DNA from: Raillietiella orientalis
Taxonomy: Eukaryota
Direction: 5' to 3'
Length of the DNA stretch: 52,352 nt
Assembly: GCA_036172245.1 (NCBI GenBank)
Contig: JAYWIR010000086.1
Span: 248,001 to 300,352 of the forward strand
Positions within the stretch are counted from its first letter, which is position 1, and each line of letters begins with the position of its first letter. The notes below the pieces were generated by a model. That model was not told the origin of the DNA. It worked only from the letters and a program-made list of their open reading frames with translations, and searched no databases. Below, in pieces: positions 37,336 to 49,100 of the stretch. The translations under genes were made by a program, and so were the position numbers.

Positions 37336-37519
37336 AACCAAATTTGTCAGTGTATGTCTCGAGGAATATTAATCGATCCATTTTGCGTTGGAATGTTTTG
37401 ATGCGCATTGATAGTTTGCAATGGCAGCAGCAAATTCTGGTGTTCCGCAAGTGGTGAGAGTACCAAAATATTTCATAACCTACGGATATCTGGGGACACG
37501 ATTCAAATTTCGTTCCGAT

Positions 37520-37800
37520 TTTCGTATTTCAAATCTATGGCTGCTTCAGAGGTTCCGGAAGAGCTTTAGGTAGGAATACAGTGGAGAACTACACCATTCA
37601 AGCATTCTTGGAAGAAGGTCTGAAACTGCTAAACTACTCTTCACACCCTAACGTTTATCCGCGCTCCAGGATGAGAAATGATTTTTACAGTTGATTTCAA
37701 GCATGATTTAGGACAGATGCAGGAGTCCACGCTCTTCATTCCTCAGCCCACACGTGGCTCCATCATCCGAATTGGCCCCATGCTTCCTACGGTCTTTACC
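37520..37800 (+). pseudogene. H2A: histone H2A relic
   Basis: EGLKLLN ~ EILELAGN; MRND ~ IRND; expected position. Confidence 0.35.
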
Positions 37801-39149
37801 TTGTTTTCAGAAGGATCGACAACTTTTTCCAGGAAGAAGATGTACCCTTCAGGTGTGCAAAGTGGCTGTTCAACAAATTGTGATTTGGAAAACGGATCTG
37901 CAAGCTGAGAACAGTTCTAAGTGCTGCAGAAGAGTTCAGCTGCCAAAAGAGTATCCACTCCAAAACCTACCTGTACCATCCTGTTGTTTCTTCAGAATGT
38001 TAAGATCCAGTTTCCAGATACCCAAATCGAACATCAATTCTACTCATTACCGAAGCTAATACATGAGGTTGCATAGGGTGAGCAGGAGGAATGGAAACAA
38101 GAACATGATATTGCTCATCCAGCCTTTCAGCGTTGAGCTAGCCATGAAGGCTCTTACTCTCCTGCAGGGATTAAATGACTTTCCATCTTCGAGGAAGACT
38201 TCCAACGGGGATATAGAAATGAATACCATGGGAAACATGGATGCTATCTGGATAACACCTGCAAGGGGGATGTTAGATGAACGATGTGATCCCTTGTATA
38301 GTACACTTGTACGTTTTCATCACTTTTGCCTCAAATCAAGAGGTATTCTACCATGCCAGGTAAAAATCCCTTGTTGAGTGGTTATTGTATTTTGCAAATA
38401 GATCAGAGGAATGATGGCAGCCATAATAGCAGTGGGCCAAAGGAGAATCACACTTCAGGATTTGCATGAACTTTTGCATGAACCTAGCCCACAAACTTGG
38501 AACAAGTGCGCACTTGAACATGCTCCATCTGAGGGACTGCATCTTGTCTCACAGGACTACGGTTCCTCCATTCCTTGCTCGCTGTCATCCTGTGATGATG
38601 CAGCAAAAATAAAGTCTCCTTGCACCTCTCGCTTGCACCTACTCAAGAAGCAACATCGCTCCAAAAGGAACCAGGCTCCTTCTTGAAAGGTCTATTTCAA
38701 TGGAATGGAAAAAATCAAAGTGGGTTTGTTCGTGCTTGTACCCTACCTGCTTTTCTTCAGCCTTGCAGGAAATGAAATCAAAGGAGAAAGCAGACGATTG
38801 TGATTGTGTTGTGATTGTATCCTCCACTGGATTGAGTTGCCAAACGAGGAACGAGAATTCGCACACACACGTACCCTTGCAACAGAAGAAGAAACGCATT
38901 TCCATTGGCAGCAATCGGTTTTTTTTTTTTCTTTTTTCTTTTCAGGTATCTTTCTATTTTGTCAGTTTCTTTCGATTGTTCTTTGATGCTCGACCAAGAA
39001 CGAGTCCATGATTCTGCTTTTCAGCCTGTTTCCCATCTGCTATAGAATTACTGTCACTCATCACCATCCTACTTTTAAAATCAGCATCTCCATCGCACAT
39101 CCACCCCAAAAAAATTTCCTCCTTTTCAGCTCACCATTTTTCAGCATTG

Positions 39150-39545
39150 CCATTCAGGATTCCTCTTCATTGTGCAAATGGAATCCAAATATTTCACACT
39201 TGCATCCTTCATTACAGATTCCACGTTCGAATTTCGAAAACTTGCCCTTGCGTCCAAGCTGTGCGACACCTTGGTACACTCCCGTACGAATGCTCGCCCA
39301 GTACACAAGCGGTTGCAACTTCGGTCATCGCGACCGACGTTTGGCTGCCAACTTCGTCCAAGGGTTTCCTTCATTCAACGATATGGCTGCATGTCCACCT
39401 TTCCCGAAAACGGAACAAGCTGTCTGCAAGAGTTCCTTTTCGAGTACAACAAAATCGACGCCACGAGCGAGTACAGAACACATCTGCCTACGAAACAGCA
39501 CATGCAGCTGTACGCCGCTGACGGAAAGCGTGAAGAAGACCGGGA
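39150..39545 (+). pseudogene. H3: histone H3 relic
   Basis: GTL.VRMLAQY ~ [25 protein letters not shown] ~ ALQE..GLFEDTNLCA; HMQL.RR ~ DIQLARR. Confidence 0.65.
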
Positions 39546-39679
39546 ATGTGCACTGGACAACGTCCAAACCTCTTGGTCCGTTGCTGCCCACCCTGAGATG
39601 AACAATGAACAGGCAACTTGCAGGGGTGTGGGAAGCCACGTGTACAACACAAAATCAAACAAACAGATGGACCACGCGT

Positions 39680-40035
39680 TCCTCGACGAACGGCGGCTTT
39701 CCCGAATGGATGAGAAGGATGGCGTGCCGTCCATGTTCACCGACCAAACAGGGCTGGAATGGGAGCTTCTTCCGTAAGGCAAGGAATCTCGATTGCAAGT
39801 CCGAAGGATGCAGGCCGACAGATCAAGCCCTCGGGTGGCCGCAAAACGCCTTCGCCAGCACCTCCGGGGCTTCGTCCTTCATGAGCTTGCGAACTGAGAC
39901 CATCCGAAAAGAGCGGTCTGCGAGTTTGCTGCCCGTTCTTGTTGCACCTGCTGCCGCGGCTTCCGGGAAGGTGTGGCCAACCGCAGAGCGCTTCTGCAGA
40001 CTCGCATCCCTTTTTCCACATTCCCGGATGACTGG
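39680..40035 (-). pseudogene. H4: histone H4 relic
   Basis: CGKRDASLQKRSA ~ RGKGGKGLGKGGA; KLADR ~ RLARR; LMKDEAPEVLAKAF ~ LIYEETRGVLKVF. Confidence 0.6.
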
Positions 40036-40245
40036 CACCTCACGGAGTATGAGGCGAGGGCCGAGCGTTCGGTCTGGCAGTCTGCAGCAGCTGGTCTGTT
40101 GGACGATGAGGACCAGGGACGCTCGACCGCCACCGATGTTTCTCAACCGGATTTCCCGGTGCACGTCTCATGAAAAAATCTCGTACTCCATTCCTGATAA
40201 CATCGGTTCCTCATCAAACACTTGATTCGGGAGACCGGTACTTGG

Positions 40246-40312
40246 CAGTCGGCCAAGAGCGTCGTTTCCGAACACACGAATGCGGCGACCAAGTGCACGG
40301 GCTCGAAACGAA
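40246..40312 (+). pseudogene. H2B: histone H2B C-terminal fragment
   Basis: AKSVVSEHTNAATKCTGSK ~ AKHAVSEGTKAVTKYTSSK, followed by the same spacer as at 37.15 kb. Confidence 0.75.
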
Positions 40313-40462
40313 CACAGTGCAATGGCGGCCGCCCCTTCCAATTGCCCGGAAAAAACAAGAACCAACCTTTTCGGAAGAGAAATTTTTTATTTACACCTTC
40401 CCCTGGGACACCTCCCCCTTGGTGCCCCAGGGGGTCCCCAGACAGCGGCTATAGCAGCACGC

Positions 40463-40914
40463 CTATCGCCTCACCGGGCCTCGTCTCCTGGAAAAGAACA
40501 GACTTTGTGAAAAAAGCGGTGGCGTCGGAGACTCACGTGACCGGTCGAGAGGCATGCGCTCCCGACTCCAGCCGTCCTCTGCCCCCCGACAGAGCACGGC
40601 GGGCAGCCTCTTCCTTCCTGCTGCCCTCGTTCTTATCAGTCGGTGCTGCGCAGGCTCTCTTGACTGCGCTCCAGATCTGAAAATAAAACGGCATCATTAC
40701 AGGGAAGGGGGAGCAAGAAAAGCCGCCAAGGGGGGTGCGAAAGAGCACACCCGAAGGTGGGCTGCTGCCCTGCGCTAGGCAGTCGGAAGGCGCCCGCAAC
40801 CAACTGCCAGGGCGAAGGCGGCCGCGCACCGGCTCCACTCACCTCTTCCCGGTAAATCCAGGCTGCAGCCGCCGCTGCGCCCAGACCCCACATCAAAATC
40901 TTCCGTCCGTTCAT
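40463..40914 (-). CDS. putative small spliced gene, 78 aa, N-terminal hydrophobic anchor
   Basis: Exons 40914-40843, 40676-40537, 40487-40463; two GTGAGT donors, TTTTCAG and TTTTCCAG acceptors, 49-nt second intron, AATAAA at 40391-40386; MNGRKILMWGLGAAAAAAWIYREE/IWSAVKRACAAP... Confidence 0.6.
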
Positions 40915-41224
40915 TGCGCCCGTTTCTTCTTGCTGATAGGCGAAAGGCGCGCTTGCTGTCCGGCGTGTGCTTGGTTTCTGCTTTGAATATCGTAACTGAG
41001 GAAACCATCGATGAAGAAATTCTGCAGTGTAACCGAGGAGACCATTAATGAAGAAATTCAGCTGTGCCTTCGGTGCCGCGTCGAAGGGCATCTTCTTCTC
41101 CCTTACAGAACAATCAGTAGCTCATGGAGCACTTCGGATCGCTGCGAAAAGAGTCAGCAACGACCGCCACCTGTGGCCACTCCCTGCCAGTAACTGGAAA
41201 CACGCCCTCGTTTCTCCGACACAC

Positions 41225-41577
41225 GTGACAGGTCGAGAGGGATGCGATCCCGACCCAAGCCTTTCTCTGCCCCCCCCCGACAGAGCATGGCGGGCATCCT
41301 TTTCCTTTGTGCTGCCCTCGTTCTTAGGAGTCGGTGCTGCGCATGCTCGCTTGACAGCGCTCCAGATCTGCAAATAAAACGGCATCAGCACAGGGGCAGC
41401 AAGAAAAGCCGCCAAGGGAGGTGTGAAAGAGCACACCCGAAGGTGGGCTGCACCCCTGCGGTATGCAGTCGGAAGGCGCCCGCAACCAACTCGTTAGGGC
41501 GAAGGCCGCGCACCGGCTCCACGCACCTCTTCACGGTAGATCCAGGCTGCAGCCGCCGCTGCTCCCAGACCCCACAT
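41225..41577 (-). CDS. tandem paralogous copy of the small spliced gene (3-prime end uncertain)
   Basis: Exons 41577-41527 and 41367-41225; same peptide MWGLGAAAAAAWIYREE/IWSAVKRACAAP; splice sites retained; exon 2 differs by a net 3 nt. Confidence 0.5.
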
Positions 41578-41958
41578 CAATATCTTGCTGGTTCTTCCTT
41601 CTTTGCGAAAGGCGCGCCTGCAGTCCAGACTGTGTTTGCTTTCTCCTTTGAATATCGTAACTGAGCAAACGAATCCCGAGTGTTCCCTGACAACCACCAG
41701 AGGACGCTTCGCATCCGGGTTGCAATCAAAAATGAAATCGTTGGCTAGAAAATGCCAGCTACATACGAAATATGGCCATCAATACTGAGAGGTCGCGCCC
41801 TTGACCTTTTCCATTTGACCTTCTTCTGACTCGAGAAGAAAGATCGATCACACGGTAGTGGGATGGTGCAGTAGTCGGACTGAAGGACGCGAAAAGACCA
41901 GACCTAGGACTACCACCTGTGGGGCGGAGGCTCTCCATCCGCGTCCTCACGAATTGGG

Positions 41959-42310
41959 AATTCTGGACGGAAGTTCTGCAGTCCCTAGGGGATTGTGTCT
42001 TCCGGGGAATGGGAACCCTACTGAAAGAAAGCTACGGCGACCATGGCTGGGCAGGAATGCTCGCTTGACACTCTTCATCGCCCGAGCCGATCAATGCGGA
42101 GGGCGTTGCCGCCGAATTGGGAAGGTGCATGCCACCCGGACCCGAAGCGCCAGCCGCAGGATCACCTTCCCAGCACCTTCCCATACACTGGCCACCTACA
42201 ATCAACTTGTCGTTGCTATATGAAACGTCGACGGGCCTGGCGACGTCCGCAAGAGACGACACACCATTCCCTCCCTGCTAGCCGTCGACCTGGTGCTCTT
42301 CAAGGAGAAC
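41959..42310 (+). pseudogene. H2A: histone H2A relic
   Basis: SGRK; GLCLPG ~ GLQFPV; LLKESYGDHGWAG ~ LLRKGNYAERVGAG; RIT.QHL ~ RIIPRHL. Confidence 0.65.
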
Positions 42311-42574
42311 CACCAGTGCTTGGCCCAACATACGAAAGTTATCGAAAGCCTGGAGAACGGTCAGCAGTTTACCATTTGGTCGCGAAGAAGGGATCATTCT
42401 GGAAAAGAAAAGAAACAAAGTTCACGGGCGAAAGGACGTTGGATTGGAAACATGCCGACGCGCAAGTGGGAAACATCGAAACTTCCGAACGAGAGAGAAG
42501 GGACCACTGATGACTTTCTAAGAGATATGGGAAGCGATAGAAGACAAGAGACCGTGGTTTCTGAAGTTTCATCT

Positions 42575-42886
42575 TAGCAGACTGCCGGAAACGTTTGAGT
42601 TTGCTGGTATGCGACTAACAACGCTTGCCCTTGGGGCAGGCAGCGTTGCGGCAAAGGGCGAGTGCACTTGTCCTGGTTCTCAAACATCGCACACCATGGA
42701 ACCAAAGTTCGAAGAGCTACCACTCCTCCTCATTGATCGCTCGCGGTTCCTACTACCACCCGTTGTACTTTGTTTGATGTCAGTATATGCAGGACTGAGC
42801 TTCCGGAAGCGAGGCGAGCTCCCTCGGCGGGGAAAGTGCTTGCGTGCGGCAGCAACGGACTCTCTCCTTTGCTTGCGCATGGACAT
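42575..42886 (-). pseudogene. H1: histone H1 relic
   Basis: H.KYN.VVVGTASDQ*.RSGSS ~ HPKYSEMVVAAIGALKERSGSS; VSGS ~ ASGS. Confidence 0.55.
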
Positions 42887-43016
42887 CGTCCGTTGCTGGT
42901 GCAGCGCCGCAAGAGCAAAGCGCGGGAGCACAGCACGCAATCGTCCATAACTCGACACAAAGCCCCACAATCCGGAAGTCCAGTTGCGTCCCGATCATGG
43001 CCTGCGTCCACTTTCG

Positions 43017-43248
43017 GCATTCCGATCTCTGTCGGGCTTGCAGTTGGTCAGCGAAAGCGAACCAAACGTCCACTCGGAACGCGAGCCGTCCGTGCGGCTT
43101 GGCAGTCCACCCACGAAGCAGGCGACAGCTGATGGAAAGTTTCCTCATCGGCTGGTTGTCCCCCCGCGGCATTGCAGGCCAATCTCCTGGACGAGCGCGC
43201 TGGTGGACGGCACGCCCGGACGTTCACTATAAAAAAGAACAAACAACG
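43017..43248 (+). promoter_or_regulatory. H1-H3 intergenic segment with CCAAT and TATA; near-identical inverted copy at 52121-52352
   Basis: GGCCAATC near 43177 and TATAAAAA near 43228; reverse complement of the window end matches with one mismatch noticed. Confidence 0.75.
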
Positions 43249-43353
43249 TTGCCAAACGCCCGAAAGCTGGCCAGTGAGCGGCACGCAGGCAGGCCAGGTT
43301 CGCCTCGCCAGCGGAGGGGCAAACCAAAAGAAAAAGCGAGAAAAAAAGCAAAG

Positions 43354-43670
43354 ATGTGGGAAGGGATCGCTGTCCGCTGCAGGGCGTCCTCTGCATGCTT
43401 CCCAGGCTTCCGGCAAGTTCCACCCGAGTGTGTCCCACGTCGTTCCGTCATCTTGGTTCCGTCTGCAGGAAGAGCAGAGCGAAGGGCAGATGGACGTCCC
43501 CGGCGCGCCGCCCCAATACTTTCAAACCCCATCCTTTCTATCCCCGAAGAGTGCGACTCGCACTTGGAGATTTCATCGCCACTCCAGCAAATCAGCAAAC
43601 CGTTCATGTAAGTTTGGGCAGCCCCCACGATTCAAGAACTGCAGAAAAACGCACTCCACCTTCCCGTTCA
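43354..43670 (+). pseudogene. H3: histone H3 relic
   Basis: PHRYRPGTV-like DNA near 43435-43465; QYFQT ~ QDFKT; PHDSRTA ~ PKDIQLA. Confidence 0.5.
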
Positions 43671-43689
43671 GGAGGCAGGCAGCATCCAG

Positions 43690-44010
43690 GAATCGAATTC
43701 CAAATTGAGGTTTTTGCTTTTCTTTCAAGGCTCATCAAGAACGTCATCTTGCCTGCTGACACGTTTTTCCCGCATACTTTTGCTTGGTGGGCATTTGCGC
43801 CGACTTTTCCACGCACGCGGAAGCCGTGCTGTGAGGGAAAAGGCATGAAACGAAGGCGTGAAATACAGAATGCGGCAAGACGAGGCCCAAACAGCCTCGC
43901 AGCGAAGTTCCATAAAGAAAGTGCTATTCGAAATCCCTGCAGCATGCAGTAGCCCTTTTTGTTTTCTTTGGAATTCGAGGTGTGTGCAGCTTGCCCGTTG
44001 CACACGTCAT
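43690..44010 (-). pseudogene. H4: histone H4 relic
   Basis: CISRLRF ~ RISGLIY; HQAK..KNVSA..DVLD.ALK.KAKT ~ [22 protein letters not shown]. Confidence 0.65.
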
Positions 44011-44166
44011 TTCTTGAATAGCGCTCTCTCCTGCACGCTTGCGCACTTTGTGCATTCGTACTCTTTTCGTTTGCAAGTAGAGCCCTTCCGGGACCGGGTG
44101 AGAGTTGTGGGCTGCGGTTTTGAGCCCTTTCGGGAACGTCGGAACATGGCAAAGGCGAGTTGCTTG

Positions 44167-45572
44167 TTGCCACCCGGTCACGCCGGGGCGTTTATTCGAA
44201 ATTCTCTATAATTCGTGGTACGAGGCCCCGCTACGGCCAACTCAACAGGACCTGCCGGGTTGCCGGTACGCAGACCGGTGCGACTCTGCTCGGCAGCGTT
44301 AGGGGATGGGGGAAAAAACAAAAAGGAAAATAAAACGCAAACACAGAAAAAAAAAAAAAATTTCGGAGGGATGGGAAGCGATCACTGACCACTGGGAGGA
44401 GGGTCCATCCTTTGCAGGATGCCCTCCAGGTCCGTCCGCATAATTCGCAGGTGGGGCCATCTGGTCGCAATCCGCAGGTAGCGGACTGCAAGTACGACGG
44501 CATCCCTGTCGTGGCTCGGTCTTCCGACGTCGCTCCAGCACGTCACAACTCCTCGGACGCTGCAGAGTGCTGCCAGGGCTGCGGCTGGTCGCAGGGCATC
44601 CTGCACGAACAGAAGCCGAGAAACGTCTCTGGGCTGGCTGCCCTCCTGGATCCGTAGGGAGGCACGAAGACGTTCCCGCAGGGGTCGGAGGGCAGCACAA
44701 TCAACAAGGAGGTGGGGGAGGGTTTGCCGCTCCCCACACCTGATGCAGGCAGGATCCACTCGACCCCTGGTCCAGTGGTGGCGGCGTGCGTCGCAGGGTA
44801 GACCCCAATGCAACAACAGAAGCGCCGACTCCTGCCACTTCAGGGGGAGGATCCTGGAACCAATCGATACCGGGGGCCACTTCAGGTCATCCGGCTGGAT
44901 GCCGAGCAGCTCGCCCCATCTCGTAAGTCCTCTCGGCTGGACACTAGGGGTAGTGGCGTCCGCCAGTTCCCCCATGGACCAGCCGCTCATCAACTTCTCC
45001 TTGCCTGCGATGCGGCAGGACACTTGGCACCTAGGCTTGCGGCTGCTGGAGAACGCCGTAGCTAGGGGCGTGGTCTCGGCCCACGTGCTTCTCGCGGGAC
45101 ACTGGAGTATCTTCCGCAGAGTGCAGCGGGAATAGGCGCCGCGTCGCAGTCAGTTCCACATCTCTTCATTCTTTTCATTAATCTTCGCCCACGTGCCAGC
45201 TGTCTCCTCCAGCCATGCGGAGGAGTTGGCGGGGCTGCATACCATCCAGCCGTTTTCCTTAGCCAGAGTTGCCATGCGTCCCAGGAGAAGTCCGCATCTC
45301 TTGATCTTCGAGCCACGGCACAGAAGATGAGACGCGAGACCCTCCGTCCCGGATACACGGCTGGCAAGCAGTCGGGCCGGAACGCACCAAGGGGTGCTCC
45401 ATAACTTCGCTGCGATGGCGAGAGTTCGCCATCGCAGCTGAATCTCTACTCGCTCCATCGCCAAGAGGCCGGGACCGCCATGCCGACGTGGAGCACACAA
45501 GTCCTTCAACGGGACTCGGGGCCTCCCTCTTCCCCAAAGGGCAATTCTAAGCAGGTCCTTCGTCCGTTTCTT
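44167..45572 (-). mobile_element. 5-prime truncated Tx1-like element with perfect 17-bp TSD
   Basis: CAAAGGCGAGTTGCTTG at 44150-44166 and 45573-45589; LCAPRRHGGPGL, ELADATTPSVQP, CIRCGERQTLPHLLVDC; conserved 3-prime UTR without a poly(A) tail. Confidence 0.92.
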
Positions 45573-45709
45573 CAAAGGCGAGTTGCTTGCCTAATCAGGA
45601 AAGGGCTGCTTGGCCACGTGCGCAGGAAGAATGGCGCAGTCTGCCTGGCAGGAGGAGGGATTCAGGAAATCGGAAACGCGTGAACGGGAAGGGTCTCGTA
45701 GCTGCCATA

Positions 45710-46030
45710 CGGGATGCTGAAGGAGTTCGGTCGTGAACAAATGGAGAAGCTGCTGTTTCACGAAATCGAGTGCCCGGAAATCAGAGAAAGCTGCGTAATG
45801 GAAGAAAACCCTGAATTGTGCATTGAGCTTCGGTTTCGAGCCCATGTCGGACGAGCACTGCGAATGACTCTTCTGCCAACTGCTGGACGTTTCTCGTGCA
45901 TTCGTAAATGCAAAGGAATGAACGGAAAATGGGGAAGAGCAGGAAAAAGGTGCTGCAAATCACGGCCGCGAGACGAACTCGGGCGAGCGAATGCATTCGG
46001 CGAGCTGAATTGCGAGCAGGCAGAGGGGGG
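45710..46030 (+). pseudogene. H2B: histone H2B relic just upstream of AKR-B
   Basis: SFG..HVGRALRMTLLPTAG ~ [21 protein letters not shown].EA remnant near 46010. Confidence 0.5.
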
Positions 46031-46131
46031 GGCGTGTGTTGCGCTGCTGCTTGGTGGTACGTGCACGTGGTCGGGTGACGGTGACACGCGAAAGTGCCTT
46101 TGCTGGTTGTGTGGGAGTCGCGGGCCACGTG

Positions 46132-49100
46132 ATGCTGCAAGCCGGCCGAAAGCTTGCTCTTTCCAACAGCTTGACGATCCCGGTCGTGGGTTTGGGAACG
46201 TGGAAGGTAATTCGGGGACGCAATCCTAATTTACTTTTCGTTTCGACTGGCGGCTGCGCGTGCGTGGGAAGGGGGGCTGTGGTGACCGCTTCCGAAGAGA
46301 GCATTGCTTGCCAGTCGTGCTGCTGGCGGTGCTTGTTGGATTTTTGTTGGATTCCTTTGAAGATTGAGTTGGAAGTGGAGGGAAGCCTTGGAGGGCTTGC
46401 GACCGGTCGTGCGAGGCGTAGGGCGGCACCCACACGCAACGGAAGGTCGGGGGTACTTGGGCAAAAGACGGCCCCGGAGGCTGCTGGAGGAAAGCGGCGG
46501 GGAGCAGGGCTGGTGCCTGGAGGAAGATGTGCAAAGCATGTTTCTCGGTTCGGGAAGGTGTGTGGATAAAGGACGTTGCTGTGCATTGGTGCAGTTTTCG
46601 AGGCCGATGCCTCAGTGGGAATGCGAGTGCGTGCATTTATTTGCACAGAAATGCTGCCCATAGCTGAAGAAGCCTTTTCTGTTGAGGAGCTTTGGCAAAT
46701 GGGGATGTTGGCCAGGATGCGGAGAAGTGGTGAGCGCTTTGCTTTCTTGTGATTACTGAAATTCGAATGTCAAGCAGTTAGGAAATAAGTAAAGGGTAGG
46801 CAAGAAGAATGAAAGTATTTTCTCCATTCGTGTGGGTATTTTGATTTTGCACGTGCGTTTGGAGTAAGTTGTTGTTTTGCTTGCTTGAAAGGAATTCCTG
46901 TATGCATGTGAGTGTGTGAAAGCAAAAGGAAACTGCGGAGAATGCGTTGATTGGGATGGCAGAAAATGAAAGACCGCCGAATGAACAGAGCAAATAAGTG
47001 GGAGGAGAAAAGGAAAAGGAAGAGTATTCGATTGCATTCGTTGCTACTTGGGCATGGTTTGCATGTTTGCAAACGCCTATGCGGAGCACTGAACGCAGAG
47101 TGCTGAAAAAGAGGAGTGTGTCCGGTTGGGATCAAGGAAGACTTGAAGATGGCAAGTGAAGGGGAAATAAGTAAAGTTTTTGAAGTGAATAGCAGCATTT
47201 GTGGCTTGCGTAAGTAAGATGGTTAAGAATGCTTTCACTGCACGTCGATGCCAGGCAATGATTTTTGCTACTGTAGAAGGGTCAGCGGTATGGCTGAGTT
47301 GAAGAAAATCAATGAAGTGTCCAAAGGAGATCCACTCGGTTAACACGGTAGAGAGAATGCAATTGGTTTGCTTGATTACACTTGCTGAGTCTGCTGGCAA
47401 AACTTGATTGCTGCTGAAAATGGTTCTCCATGTTAGGAAGAAAGGAACAACTCATTGGAGAAGTGAAAAGATACTTTGATAAGAAGAAGAAGTGCATGAA
47501 TTGCATGAATGCTTTGCAATAATGTCTGCATTTGTTTGCAAGTGAGTGCTACAAGGGAGGTAGGTTTGTTTCTGCCCAGAGATGCATGAAATGCATTATT
47601 TGGAAGTCCCCTGGCATGGTGATCATGGAATTCTGTGAAATAGTGACTATGAGTATGTGCATGATTTGAATTCATAAACTGTGTTTTGGGAACAGTTTGG
47701 TTATGTAGAATGAAATTCAAGAAGAGGGTAAGTGGGAAGAAGAGCTTAATAGTAGAGCAGTAAGAGAAATTCTAAAGAGCCGTTTATTCAAGAAGAACAT
47801 TGCAAGACTGAAGACTAATGTTTGGACTTTGTGTTTTTGGAATGTTGAGAGTTTGGATATGTTTAGCATGAGATTTCCAGGAATTGAATGCACTGGTTTA
47901 AGGTTTTGAAACCTGGAAACTAAGAACATTCAAGGCAACATTGAAGTTTTTTGGGAGTGGAAGCATGAGGGAAGTGGCCTTGAAAGATGCTCCTAATTTA
48001 CTTTTCTCTTCTGAAGAAGAGTTGCAATGCATTCGGGTCGTGACTGTGTGGATTCAATATACCAGTGTTCACATAGGATTTTGATGAATAAAATGTGTTT
48101 GTGCCGAGATTTCTTTTTTTTTTGGTTCTTTGTTACTTGACTGCAAACTAAGTTGTTTGCTAATCCGAATTTCTTGCATAAAAGATTGTACTGATTTGAG
48201 TGATTTGAAGCAATTTTGACAGTGGTGTGCATCATGTTAGAGGGCTCATGATGGTCTTAATGAAAACGAAAAGTATTTCGTTTCATGTTTGTTGGAATCT
48301 TCCACCCTAACATGCAATGCTCTGAACAGAGAAGGATCGTTCTCTTAAAAGAAGTGGATGAAGCAGAAAGATATAGGTTGTACCAATTGCTTCTTGCTTA
48401 TTTTGAGAATCTTGGGCGTGAAAAGAATTCCTTGTGTTACCTAACATGTAGTGGTGTTCATGTGTGTAATTTCGACCCTGAAACCGAGTTGGTAACGCTT
48501 GTTATTTTTTTCTACCGGTTCTGGGTAAGAATGGAAGTACATGAACTGCAACCTAATTTTGATCACTGGTAGATATTTCAAACAACGTAACAGTTCACTT
48601 TCTCCTGGCCACGTTGATGTAACAGATTTCAGGTCTTCCAATAATGGACAGCAGTCTGTTTGGCAGAAATGAGTGTGTGTATGCTTTGTTGTTCTGAAAT
48701 AGTACACTTCACTGCTAGTGGTGCTTACGTTGCAATCGTAATCAGGAAACGTTTCGAATTACTAACATGGTGAAAACTGGAATGGACGCAGATCAGTCTG
48801 AAGTGAAACTGAAGAAGGATGGGTAAAGTCATTGGACAAAAGTTTTATTGAAAACACTTGAAACATGTATTTGTTGCCAATTTTTTTTTTCTGATTAGCA
48901 ATCCTTGTGTTAGTCGAAACCTACAGAAGTATATGAAGCAGTGAAGCATGCACTATCCGTGGGCTACCGCCACATCGACTGTGCATTCGTCTATCAAAAT
49001 GAAGCGGAAGTGGGAAGCGCCATTGCGGAGAAAATCCAGGATGGCACGATGAGCAGGGATGAAATTTTTGTAACCAGCAAATTGTGGTCTACTGTCCATC

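Noticed and set aside
37800..38700. Possible Harbinger or LINE coding relic
   Set aside because: No convincing DDE or RT motif in any frame
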